This document shows, in pieces, positions 13,001 to 25,334 of a DNA stretch of 64,000 bases. The DNA is from Eledone cirrhosa (taxonomy: Eukaryota): positions 144,274,001-144,338,000 of the forward strand of contig OZ024740.1 in assembly GCA_964016885.1 (NCBI GenBank). Direction: 5' to 3'. Made by a program: the position numbers and the translations under genes. Under the pieces are notes generated by a model. The model did no database searches and had not been told where the DNA came from. It was given only the letters and a program-made list of their open reading frames with translations. Positions within the stretch are counted from its first letter, which is position 1; each line of letters begins with the position of its first letter.

Positions 13001-13583
13001 TTGCGTGTGTCTTTCGAACGAAGTCCTTCAAGATATTTGTTCTGCATCAAGTTACAAACGTTAACTTGTCACTCACGCCGTCAACTAATGATTAACATGT
13101 TGGAAATGTGTAACCAACGACGTTATTGTTCGCCACTTGCGATACAAATACAAGATAATGTTTCACTACGGTCCCTAAACATATACTCGTTAAGCAGAGT
13201 TTTGAAATAAAATACTGCAATCGATATTTAAAAAATGTACCGACATGTTAAATGATTTCAACGTCAAAACAATTCACATTAATATCAAAACAATTCACAA
13301 GATATAAAGAACAAAAAAGAAAGAAAAGAAAATCACAGGAAAAAAAGAGTACAAAATAGGTGATTTTTGAGGAACTCTTTAGTATAGAATTCCATTTTCA
13401 TTTTAAAACTATTTGGACGATTTTTAGACGATAATTCAGATTTTGTTTTTCGTAAATATCTGGTGATTGGTGATATTAATGTAAATGTATCTTCTCGAAG
13501 ATTCGAATGAATATGAAAGATAATAAAACTAACTTGTGAATGTTTTATCGCGCAGCTTATTAAGCTAATATAACAAACAGTAT

Positions 13584-13595
13584 GGGGGCGGGGCG
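13584..13595 (+). promoter_or_regulatory. GC box (Sp/KLF-type) in a CpG-retaining region
   Basis: GGGGGCGGGGCG in AT-rich unique DNA. CpG dinucleotides look frequent across about 13.0-15.8 kb. Confidence 0.3.
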
Positions 13596-13692
13596 AGATA
13601 AGACGGGATGACAGATAACATCACATAAACATTGTAATCACTTGATGACGACCTTAACGTTGAATTAGCAACATTACTCGACTACCAAAAGC

Positions 13693-13723
<31 letters not shown>

Positions 13724-14399
13724 CTTTATTATGGCCGTCAGGGTCCTGTTACTCTGGTGTTTCGCCCGTGTATTATTCACATGGCCATCAAACTAATCTA
13801 AACTATAATATGTGTAACGGGGATACAACAGGTTCTTTTAAAAAAATGAATCTGCTAAGTTGCCGTGGTTTTGAAGAATATTGAGGATTCTAGAAGATAT
13901 TCTTTTCTTTTTTTATCGTAAAAGGGGAGAAAATAAAGAGAAAATAAAATAAACAACGATGTAAAATTTCTTTTGATTAAGCACAAAAGCCTGATTTTAG
14001 TAGAGAAATGTATTGGCGATGAAACAAACTAGTGTTTTATTTATTAGCACTTGTTTTGCCGATATTTTGGGCCCAGAATTTAGAGGGACAAAATCAAATA
14101 CTACAAATAATTTAGTCCAGAATTCTACCATTACACTCAACACATTAAATAACAAATTTCAATAAATCTAGTTTTCGAATGTATAGTCACAGGATAAGAA
14201 CGTAAGAGATCATAATTCGGTGCAAAGAACAACTTTAAATAGCTAGGTCTCAAATAGCTGTAGAAACTAACGTTAAAAAATAAAACGAAAGAAAAAACGA
14301 ATCACTCGTGATATTCTCTGGACAAAATTCTTGTTTTAGTCGCACATACGTAAATAAAGATGTAAATGAGATGACAACAATGTACTCCTGGTGATCACA

Positions 14400-14825
14400 C
14401 ACATACATACAATGGCTGCATCTCGGTTTCGAGAATTGCCATCCTAGACCCTTTTTCTCGAACATGAGTGGCAAGAATATGATGTTTTAGCCCTTCCAAG
14501 AACTTGGATTCTTTTCTGCATATGCTGCAGCGAAAGAAAAAAAGAAAAGAAAGAAAAAGCCATGCTCACACAACACACGTGAAAGTCGTTTAGATCAAGT
14601 GATGCCTGTGCTTGAAGCTTTTTTTAAGTGAAGAAAAGCCTTGCACAGGACCAATCCCACCCTGAACATCTGTGGTAGGCATCCAAAACGAAGAACAGGT
14701 CAACGTCATTGGCTACCATCCAGAATCGGGTTTTACAAAAGAGTTTTCCTTCTCCTAACAAGATCTTAGAGGTCTCGCACACCCGGCGGGCTAACCGCGC
14801 ACTCGAGAACCAAACAGTATTTCTG
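14400..14825 (+). repeat. Unclassified ~420-bp interspersed repeat, copy 1
   Basis: Reverse-complement match to 37425-37790 (tgcatctcggtttcgagaattgcc; ctgcatatgctgcagcgaaag; gatcaagtgatgcctgtgcttga). Confidence 0.75.
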
Positions 14826-15497
14826 TGCATAAACATCATAATCTAATTCTCCTTTCACAAGAAACCTGATACGCCTGTACATGGTTAAAAGAAATCAATA
14901 TGTTGTTCATTATCGTTGAAACCTTTGAGAAAACATGCTCGTTACAACTCTATTACCATTATTTTTATAGACGATTGACTATACCCCAACTGCTACTCAC
15001 AAAGTGTATTGTATTAGTGCCAATCCGCCCCCTACAACTTTTTACATAAGCTTACTCATGCTTATGTAAGAAATCACTATCATATGAGTTGGCTTTACTT
15101 TCACCCATGGATATTAAGTACTAGTAATTCATCCCACTTTTTATCATTACATCGATAGTAACTTGAGGAAATGTCCAAACTCATTTTACTTCAAAAATAT
15201 AAGCCCACTCCCACCGCCTAAGTTAGAAAACATCAAATTCATTTGTTTTAGGAAATAGATTTGTAAAAAAGGCGTTAGTTTAATTCACGAAAAACGATTT
15301 AATAAACATGATAAAACAGGATATATTTGATTATCCATCAAATTAATGTTTTAGTATCAGACTGTTAAAACTAAATACGAAGGAGTGGAAGCTAAGGAGT
15401 GTAAAAATTATAGCCTCAAAATAAACAAAATATTAAAACTTAACAGAAATAAATATTTAAAAAACTGAAGTTAAGGGTAAACAGATATGTTTATTAC

Positions 15498-15562
15498 CTG
15501 CGTACTTTTTCTTTGATCACGTCAAGGTGGCTATGTGCAGAGCCATTGTCGGCAGGAACCAT
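15498..15562 (-). CDS. Candidate alternative first coding exon of PSD/EFA6 (MVPADNGSAHSHLDVIKEKVR, phase-2 donor)
   Basis: gccaATGG start, 21 open codons, then CAG|GTAATA donor in phase 2, the same phase as the 41578 donor. Unique, non-repetitive context. No homology evidence. Confidence 0.4.
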
Positions 15563-17481
15563 TGGCAAAGATGAAAACAAAAAAATCAGGCACACGTAAA
15601 AATCCAACGACAGAAGAGATAGCTCTCACTAGATATATCGATGTTTTCGTCGAAGAGTCAAACACCACGGTGATTATACCATGTTGTTATTGTGGCTGAG
15701 TGGAGTAAACTAAATATGGCTAAGCACTCCTGATGCACCGGCAACAATACCGTCCACATAGAAGGCATGGCGAGCTCATATTGATAATATGTGGGTATAT
15801 ATCTAAAGAAGTAGGTGTAGTAGCTAGGGAATCAGTTTGGGTGTGTATAGATGTTAATTCAGTGTGATAAACGGTTAAGAAAAGATTAAGCAGTCAAACA
15901 ATGCTATAATGAAAGGAAGCGTATAGTTTCAAGAACCGACAGGTACTGTTAAATTACCAAGATGAGATAGCCCCTCTTGTATATAGAATGCATCATGCCA
16001 CTCTTACAATCCAGAAGCAATACTGCCTACAATAACAGAGGGGAGGGAGAGAGAAAATTAGGTGGAAAGAGAGAATAGAGAGAAAGAAGATAGAAAAGAG
16101 TGGCTGAGAATAATACCCCAGTTCAGTAGTAACTAGTTTTCTGCATCCCAACAGTTCGCTGCTACAGCAGTAATAGTAGTAATCGTAGTAGTGAATTGAT
16201 GTCTATACTAAAAGCGATATGTACAATCAGCAGACAGTTCCTGCTGCTGTCACTTCCTGCTGCTGCAGTTAATGTTTAAAAAATATTTCTCAGATCTTCA
16301 GTCATAGTCCCACTTGAATCTTTGAATAACATCTTTGTCTATAATTTGAGCACTTGAAAATTCACTTAAAAAAAGAAAAGAAGACGGTTTAATAACTAAC
16401 AAAATGTAACTGATATTAGTTAGTTATTCTTTGATTTTGATTTACACGTCCTGTCCATCCAACACACTGTTTCATACAAATTAAGAAAAGTTACTTCTAA
16501 ATATTTTTCAACTACATCTATATTTACTTACTGGGGGAAATCTATCATTTTTAGTGCGGGGAGGGGGGGGGGGGGGGGTCTTTAGCTAGTTAGCTAGTGC
16601 TATCATCTACATAGTTCTGTCTATTATTCTGAATTATCCACATCAAGACTGTGGTAATTGCCGATCCATATCTCGGTTTCATTGCCTGAACTAATGTTTT
16701 TATTTTATATTCCCAAATTCTTTTACTAGACATTGGATTACACCACATTCAAATATTAACATGGCTACTTATTTATGAAAGAGGAGAGAATTTGTTTATT
16801 TATTTAGTATCTAATCATTCATTCATTTATTGGAATAATCCCAGTGTCTGCTTCTTGTGTATACCTTAATGATAGTAACATGAGCATATAGCAATAAATA
16901 GCTTTTATCAAGTTAGATTGCAAGAAAATATTCTAATGTCTGCTAACTTGTTTGAAAGCCAAGTTCTCTACCAAATATCTAACTTTTTCAAAGGGGAGGT
17001 TAGTGGAATAGGTCTTTGAGAGGATGTGTTGGAGGATCAACTGGCATTGGTGCACGTCATATTTTTTCTGAACATTTGTAATTTTCGGCAGAGATGTTTT
17101 ACAAATACTTTTGTGGGGTTGGGAGGGGGATTTTTCTTTTTAATGAAGTAATATCTATAATGTTTATAAAAGGGATAACCAAAGGAATCGAAGGGGCTGC
17201 TGGTCTGTGTCAGTATAAAAAAAACCTCAGTATGCATTAAAAAATGTACACATGCACAAATCGTGCAGACATATTCAGAATTATATCTTACAAATACAAA
17301 GATCTGTAACGCTACCATACAATGCCATATATTTAAAATAGTTATATGTAAATATTAGGGCGGAATGTATAACATTAAAAAATCCAGTATACATAAACTA
17401 TTATCCATATATCATACTTAGAACCAATATACTCAAACTTTCCAGTGGTAGTCTTCCTGTTTCTTCTACAACAACTACAAC

Positions 17482-17587
17482 GGTACGCGGTGGGGCCCAC
17501 CCACAGCCCTGGCGGACAGAATGGAGAAGGCGTTTCCCCGGAGGACGGCAAGAGAGACGCGCTGGAAAAGCCACTCCAACTCGCGGA
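17482..17587 (-). mobile_element. Short 3' fragment of the CRE-type element
   Basis: ggtacgcggtggggcccacccacagccc...gccactccaactcgcgg matches 6219-6322. Confidence 0.9.
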
Positions 17588-19099
17588 TGTTTATAATAAG
17601 CTTTTAGCAAACAAATACCACTGAGAAAATTCAAACTGGAAATAGATAATAAACCACTGGATTATTAGTAGAAAGTGCACCATTGGAAAAGCTATTCTGG
17701 TGGTTTAAAGGGGCTACAGAAATATATATAAACCCAATTGTTTTCCAGAAGTTTAATCTCTGAAAAGCAGCTGGTGGGAAGGACTAAAAACAAATATGCA
17801 GAGGGGCAGAGAAAATGAAGTTCAGTTTCTGAGTTACGACACGTTATCAAGACCTATTAATATGCTGCAGTTCAGTTGTCATTGAATGATAAAGCAAATA
17901 AATAAACAAAAGACACATAATAACATTAATTGAAGAAAAGATTGAGAGATGTGTTAGAGATTAGAGGATGAGATTGGCTGGAGTTGAATACAGGATCTAA
18001 TGTGGTTGTCAAGGGAATTAATGACAGGGTTGACACGATTAATAGGCGGCTTTCAATGAAATTGGTTGAAACAAGTTGGAGATGTCAACAGCTGCATTTG
18101 AAAAGAAATGTTAATTTATTGGCCATACTCTAAATGCATTCTTTGCACCATTGATTCTCTCTTTGAAAAAGCAATAACCTGGCTGTGCTTGATATTGGGA
18201 CAGACACACATCCATTAGTTTTGGTGGTGAGTATTCAATTGTACAATTAACTGGACAACCTACTCAATGGTTCCAGGTAGAATTAATGTGAAACACAAAT
18301 CGCTGGCCTATGAATTACAGGTACAACCCATTTGACAAGCTTTCTCAGTTTCATTCACAAGGCTTGGCTATGGTAAAAGACAAAAATCACTAGGATTGAA
18401 CCTGGCAACTCCTGATTTTGAAGTGGACTTTTTAACCATTCAGCCACCATAATATGCAGATACAATAGTTTTTTAGGCAACTGATTGTCTAGCACCTCTT
18501 TTAACCTTGACATAGTTAGAAGTGGTCACTCAAATGTCTTGTGACCCACCACAGTAGTTAACTGTGTCTACATGCAACATTGTGTGCCATTTGCAGTCAA
18601 CTGAATATCTAGATATCAGTGGCTGTTGCAGCTCTGGAGAATTGAGGCAATTCTTAGCCAATTTTGCTTTCATTTATCACTAATTACAGCTTCCAAACAA
18701 GTGTCAAAACATTTGCATTTTTGTTATAGTTGAGATGTGGGGAGTGTTTCCACTTTCATAATGTTTTTAAGGAATAAACAATAGGGTGCTGTGAAGGTTT
18801 GGTAGTGTAAATGTTATTGATAAAGTATCTGGAATCTCTGAATTTACATTCAGTTATTAAATGTTCTGTTAGTTTGGCAAATTGGATAATTTAGCATGAG
18901 TTTGGAACAAAAGGTACCAAAAAATTGTGTTTGCACCTGTTCTCAATATGTAGAAAAGGAATAGATTGGAACTCTTATACAATCTACACAATGTAAGGTA
19001 TGGTTATAAAAGAGGTGCAGTGGGATAGTAAATAGGTTAACAGAAAAGATAGACTTTATATGACAGATGTACATAGGTAGTTGAGAGTAAGAGTAGCAA

Positions 19100-19680
19100 T
19101 GAAATAAACCTTTTCCAATTCCAGGAAGGTACCATAGAAGTAGTTGATAGTTTGTTACTTATGTGATGTAATTAGCAGTGGAGGAGGTTGCTTTGAAAGC
19201 ATAATAGCTAGAAGAATAAGTTAGAAAACGTTTAAGGAGCTACTACCTCTGTTGACAACAAAAGGATTTTCTCTATGAACTAAGGGTGCATTGTATGATG
19301 CCTGCATGAGAAGTGTGATATTGCATGGCAGCGAAACAAATGCAAAGGATATGTGGAAGCTAAAGAGAAACAAAATCAGCAAGCTCCCTTGGATGTGTAA
19401 TGTTAGTGAGCATGAACAACTGGGTGCAGATGGAGCAAGAGAGAAACTGGATATAAGAAGAATCATGTAGTGTGCAAGAAGGAAGACTGCAATGGTATGG
19501 CCAAGTAATATGTGTGGATGATGGTTGTTGGGTGAAGAAGTTCCAGGAGATGCTTGTGACAGGAAACTGCAGAAGAGAAAAACTGGGGAAAGCTTGGACA
19601 AATGTGATTAGAGCTGATCTCACAGAGGAGATGACAAATGAATGCAACACATGGAGGAAGACTGTGCTGGAGCAGACCAT
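19100..19680 (+). mobile_element. Decayed RTE LINE 3' fragment
   Basis: Broken frames give ISSGGGC, ELLPLLTTKGFS, LYDACMRSVILHGSET and RLQWYGQV. Confidence 0.85.
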
Positions 19681-19921
19681 CGTTATATCATAACGTTTAT
19701 ATTTCCGTCACTAATCTCTTTTTCTCCTTTTTCGTTTTAACATATATTTATTTCAAAGATTTCACCGTATAGATAACATATATATTTATACATGCATAAA
19801 AGACACACCGAGAGATGGTGAACATGTGGTGCCGAAAACATTTCTCATCAAATCTCAACAATATCAGTATATATACTAGATTTGCTAGCAGAAAACCGTC
19901 CACCGGGTGGTTTTCTGCTAG

Positions 19922-20850
19922 TCTATATATATAAAACTGAGGATGTCTGTCTGTGTGTGTGTGAGTTTGAATCCCAAAAACTCGAGAACCACCCAACTGA
20001 ATATTTTCAAACTTTATACATGTAATACTTATGTATCGGAGTGTTCTGAGCCAAAAGAATTTCAAATTTTCAATGCCCTAGGGACCACATTAGGCGATTT
20101 AGCGATCTCTCTCTATAATTCTTAGTCTTTCTCTTTTTAGATAGATACATACATATAACGTTGCGCCCTTATACTATCTGTCTGTATGTCTGATGGTCTG
20201 CATTATGTCACTTCCCTGAGGATGTCTGTCTGTGTGTGTGTCCTTTGAGTTTGAATCCCGAAAACTCGAGAAGTACCCAACCGATTTTTTTCAAACTTTA
20301 CATGTGTTTTACTTATGTTTCAGAGAGTGTTATGCACATAAAAATCAACTTTTTTATCTCCTAGGGCCCGCATTAGGTGAAAAATTGCGTTTTTTTTCAG
20401 TTTTTTAGGGGTTTTTTGAGGCGTTACGTCAGACCAATTTCCTTGAAATTGTAACTATATATTAGTCAGTCTCTTCTTCATACAGTGAGCAAAGAAAATC
20501 TAACTTTTGTATGGCCCAGGGCCCACATTAGGTGAAAAACTTCATTTTTTCAGCTTTTTAGGGCTTTTTGGAGGCGTTATGTTTAGCCAATTTTCCTGGA
20601 ATTTCCAGGAAATTTCCAGGCATATTATGCACATAAAAAAATTCATTTTCTTGATCCCCTAGGGCCCGCATTAGGTGGAAACCTGCATTTTTCCTGCTTC
20701 ATCGAGGAAAATCTTAAAGCCAGCCATCAGAGTATTCGGTTTATTTTCTTTACATATTGTCCAGGCATGCAGTTTTACCACGATTAGGTATGTTGGCGGC
20801 CCACCTTCCAAAATATCTTATCCCGTGCAATGCCGGGTACCACTGCTAGT
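19922..20850 (+). mobile_element. Non-autonomous Helitron with internal ~150-bp tandem units
   Basis: 5' TCTATATATATAAAA followed by gtct/gt microsatellite. 3' hairpin CCCGTGCAATGCCGGG then CTAGT. Motif ctagggcccgcattaggtg(a/g)aa recurs at about 20361, 20517 and 20659. Confidence 0.75.
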
Positions 20851-21255
20851 ATAGTATATTTGTTATGAAGTATAATTAATAACTTGGTAGAGACATCAGA
20901 ACATCCAATAAAATGCTTTGCAGTGATCATTCTGGCACTGCACTCTGAGTTCAAATCCTGATGAAGTCAATTTTGACTTTTATCCTTTTCAGGTTAATAA
21001 AAAAAAAAAAAAGTACCAGTCCTATATTTGGGTTGTTTCTTCCTCTCTTACTCTTTCTTTTGAAGAAATTGGCTGTGTTCAGATTGGGAGAGAGGATGGG
21101 CTCTGCCAGGTTTAAAGTGCCTAAGACATATGTAATTACAGTGTCCCTTACAACTCCACCAGAAGTTACAGCTACATACACAGACACACAGAGAGGAGGA
21201 CCAAGTCAACAGATTTAAATGATCAGAATGAATGTGTTTGTTGTAAAAACGAAGG

Positions 21256-21288
<33 letters not shown>

Positions 21289-22602
21289 ATATAGAGTCAG
21301 AGGTAGTAATGATCTAATAGAACATGGAACTGAAAGCAACTCCCTTTGGAAGGGAATCATAGACTGAAGCTGTTGTTTCTATGCATGCATGATCCTGTAA
21401 CTCCTGGTAAAGTCGGGGCAGCATAGTAGTGTACAGCATTTCTAGGGCATTTTAAGCCTGGTGGAGCCTATCCCTCTCAAGGTCTGAACACAGCAGATTT
21501 TTTCCAGAGACGGATAGAAAGTGAGTGAGAGGAAGTGAGAAAGAGATATATAGAGGAAAAATTAACCCCAGTACTAGTCAGAAGAGAATCAGGAAATGTA
21601 GTTTATTCAAAATAGCTTTTACATCAACAGGGTGAAATAAATGAGTTGAGCTAATGTTCAGGGAACTAACCCTTCAATTTTTCTTACAAGATTATTATGG
21701 CTGTAATAGATTTCCATAAATAATGTAAAATGGCATTAGACATAAGTACCTATTTGACTCCCACTGATGGAACTACATCTATTACTTGCCGGGCAACCAT
21801 GTTACCAATTAAACTGCAGAGCACTTGCCTTCCTTTCTTTCCCAGCTTAAGTATTTAAATCTATCTTTTTGCTATTTTTTTTTTCTGCAATTTATTAATA
21901 CTGCTATTTTTAACTACAAGATAATTGGATAGTTCCTTATAGCAGTGTTATAACTACATATATAAATATCATATAAGCTTAGGTCCAACACAGCAAGAGG
22001 CTACTATTCTTTTTTTAAGCTGTGTGCATATGTGTACACACGTTTTGCAAACAAAATTAAGGAGCACACAAATAGTTGCTGAAAATAATATGGCAATTAA
22101 TAATTATGCTTATTACATATTTAGTGTGCAATTTTATCACAGAAAAAAAAGAAGTATTTGCACACACTGACTAATAAAAGTTATGAAATATACAGTTCAC
22201 ACCTATGCAGTTTTAGTTGGCTTCCTACAGCATTGCATCTCAGGTTTGTTGGGTGTTTTAATGATTGAGGCTCCAGTCCTATTATTAAAAGCAACATGAA
22301 ATGAAGTGTCTTGCTCAAGAACCAAGTGCAGCCTGATTAAGAATTGAGCCTAGTACCCTACGTACCAACATCCAAGCACGAGGTCATGTAGGCCTCAGCT
22401 TAATTAGATGCTTTCAATAAGAAAACTCCAAATCAAATCATGATCTAAAATAATATTAGATATTATAAGCAGCAATTTGAGGGGGAAAAGGGCAACAGAT
22501 AGGACTCAATCCACTTTTATTGTTTGCCTCACAATGTTAAAGAAAAGGTTAAAAGGAATTAAAGGGACTGGGGGGTGCTTTTCCTAATTATCAAAATAAA
22601 AT

Positions 22603-23007
22603 TTAACCCTTTAGCATTCACATTATTCTATATATGGTGGATTGGCAGTATCATCGGTAGAGGGTCGGACGCCATGCTTTGATGCATAGAGTTACAGCCC
22701 TTTCCAATCTGAGTTCAAATCCCGCCGAGGTTAACTTTGCCTTTCATCCTTACGGGGTCGATATAATAAAGTACCAGTAATGCACTGGGTAATTGCTGGC
22801 CTTGTGCCAAAAGTAGAAACAATTATTCTATATATACTATTATATTTTCATGGTAAAGGCTTTACCTCACATAATATCGAATCTATGAGATTTTGAAAGT
22901 ATTTATTTTGAGAACAATACCTTAACATCAGTATGAGTGGCCAGTTTCAACAGAAAGAGGTAGAGAATTCTGGCCAGTTTTGGCCGGTTTGAACATTAAA
23001 GGGTTAA
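22603..23007. mobile_element. piggyBac-like MITE family 1, interrupted by a SINE
   Basis: Same TIRs and TTAA as 10642-10858, plus an internal SINE insertion. Confidence 0.8.
22636..22821 (+). mobile_element. Full-length tRNA-derived SINE, family A, with 14-bp target-site duplication
   Basis: A-box-like TGGCAGTATCATCGG and B box GAGTTCAAATCCC. ATTATTCTATATAT is duplicated at 22622-22635 and 22822-22835. Confidence 0.9.
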
Positions 23008-23740
23008 ATATATGAAGTGTTCTAGGCACAAAAATCGAGGAAAATGACAAATCAGGGTAGTTCACAATGCATAAAGTTACAGAGTTGGTATAGTAATAAA
23101 TAAAATCCCAATGGAAGGCCCACACAGTTTGGGCTGGCCTGCAAAGTAACTGGTCAGTCAGAACGAGATTGCGAAAGGAAAACCGACATTAAGCTATGAT
23201 ATATATTCAGCTGGGAAATGCAAGAGCAAAGAAAAGAGAGAGACCAAAAGAGACAGAGTTAATGAACAAAATTATGGAAGAACACACAAATTCTATAGCA
23301 ATTATAATTTGATTGAAATGGGAAAAGAAAGGCATAGATATGAATTTATTTTACTCTTTTATGAGTTAAACAAAACAGAATTTTGTTTTCATTAAAGAGA
23401 ATTATTTCTAAGGAGAAAAAGAAGAATACTGAGTATGATATTTTAATTTTTTTTTTTATTTCTATTTCTATAGGAATCAACCACACCAATATTTATCCAC
23501 AATAAATATAACCTTGGTTGCAATTTAAATTGTGTGTGTGTGTGGGGGGGGGGGGGGGGGGGATGACTACATGGAACCAACAGACATTCCTGTTGATTTC
23601 ATAGGAAAGAAAGCGACCTAGTCATGTAATAGTCATTTCTATATAAATAAATATGCTTCTCCTCTAATGTATCGAGTACTTTAACTTGTTTTTTTTTCTG
23701 ATCCTTAATTGTAAATAATTAAATAAACACACACACACAC

Positions 23741-25095
23741 TTGGAAGCAGGGACTAGAAAGAAAGGGTCTCAAAGTCAACCAGGCAAAGACTAAGGTCCT
23801 TGTAAGTAGACGAGAAAACAGAATCCAGATCCCCTCAGGGAAATGGCTTTGCTCAGTATGTAGGAAAGGTGTAGGTAGGAACTCCATTCTCTGCCCCAAA
23901 TGCAAACAATGGGTACACAAGAGATGTAGCGGGATCTCAGGAAGCTTAACTAAGAATGTAGGCTTCACATGTAGCAGCTGTGCTGGGATAACAAGCAGCA
24001 AACAGCCACAGGAAACAAGTACCACCAAACTCTGGGAGGGATCTGTAGAAACAGTAGACAGCTTCTACCTAGGTGACCGAATTAGCAGCGGAGGTGGGTG
24101 TTCAGCAAGTACAATAGCTAAGATAAGAATGGGGTGGAAGAAGTTCAGGGAGCTACTGCCACTGCTAGCTGCAAAAGGCTTTTCCCTCAAAATGAAAGGC
24201 AGACTGTATGATGGGTGTATACAAACAGCAATGTTACATGGTCGCTGTCTCTAAGACAATGTCACTGGATCGAGATCTTTGGCACCACACAGTAATACAG
24301 AAGACCCGCCTTCACTACGTGCAAAGTTAACCTACACCCAGTACACCCCTCCAAACCAAAATACACCCCCAACCCACTATCCCTACTCCATCCTTCCACT
24401 CCCGCCAACACCTCCCTTTCTCTATAAAGTTATGTTGGCACCACAACATCCAGTCCAAACTAATGAGGTCGTGTAGGTGTCACGACAAAAAAAACACAGT
24501 CCACGCTGTAATGCAGTCGTGTAGGTAACATGGTAAAAAGCTCCCAGTCCAGACTGTAAATGTGGTTGGTGTTAGGAAGGGCATCCAGCCGTAGAAAGCC
24601 TGCCTGATAGTCCTATACGAGCGAGACACGGTCGCCCGACTAATCTTGCCTCAAGTGGGACAATTCCCGTGTAACCCATGCTAGCGTGGAAGATAGATGT
24701 TAAATGATGATGACATATATACATATACACATATACATACATCTACACATATATATATATATATATATATATATTGGAAAGAAATGAAACATGCATTGCT
24801 CCGATGAAAGTGTAATATTAATATACACGAATGACGAAGCATAACTGAACTAAGATAAAAATCAGATGTGGTATACTAGAGAGGATATTGCGTTGACATG
24901 GTCATGTGATGCGTATGAAAGACGACAATTGTATAAAAAGATGCAGGGTGATCAAAATTGATGGAAGCTATGGAGTAGGAAGACCCAAGAAGACTTGGGA
25001 CAATGTGATAAAAGCTGATCTTGCACAATTGCATCTCTCAAAGACAATGACACAGGATCGAGAACTTAGGTGTTATGCAGTAATACAAAAAACAC
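23741..25095 (+). mobile_element. RTE LINE fragment interrupted by a second RTE 3' end (24244-24712) and (TA)n
   Basis: TWKQGLE...PHD-like finger...MLHG stops at about 24243, followed by an RTE 3' end, UTR and tail. RT homology resumes at about 24775 (LERNE...GRPKKTW). Confidence 0.85.
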
Positions 25096-25264
25096 ACCTC
25101 TTTCTGTTCAAACCAGCCATAACTGGCTGCTCATACTAATGTTAAGGTATTATTCTCAAAATAAATAATATCAAAATCTCATAGATATGATACTATGTGA
25201 GATAAAGCCTTTACTGTGAAAATACAATAGTATATATAGAGTAATGTAAATGCTAAAGGGTTAA
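25096..25264. mobile_element. Partial piggyBac-like MITE family 1, reverse orientation
   Basis: Reverse complement of about 10642-10822; ends aatgctaaagggTTAA. Confidence 0.75.
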
Positions 25265-25334
25265 GACTGTGTGATCCAGAAGCAATAAATTGAAATCGAC
25301 GCCTTTTAAAAAACAACCACCCTTAAAGAAAAGT

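Noticed and set aside
22636-22725. tRNA gene
   Set aside because: A and B boxes are present, but it is the head of a multi-copy SINE with TSDs and no clear cloverleaf.
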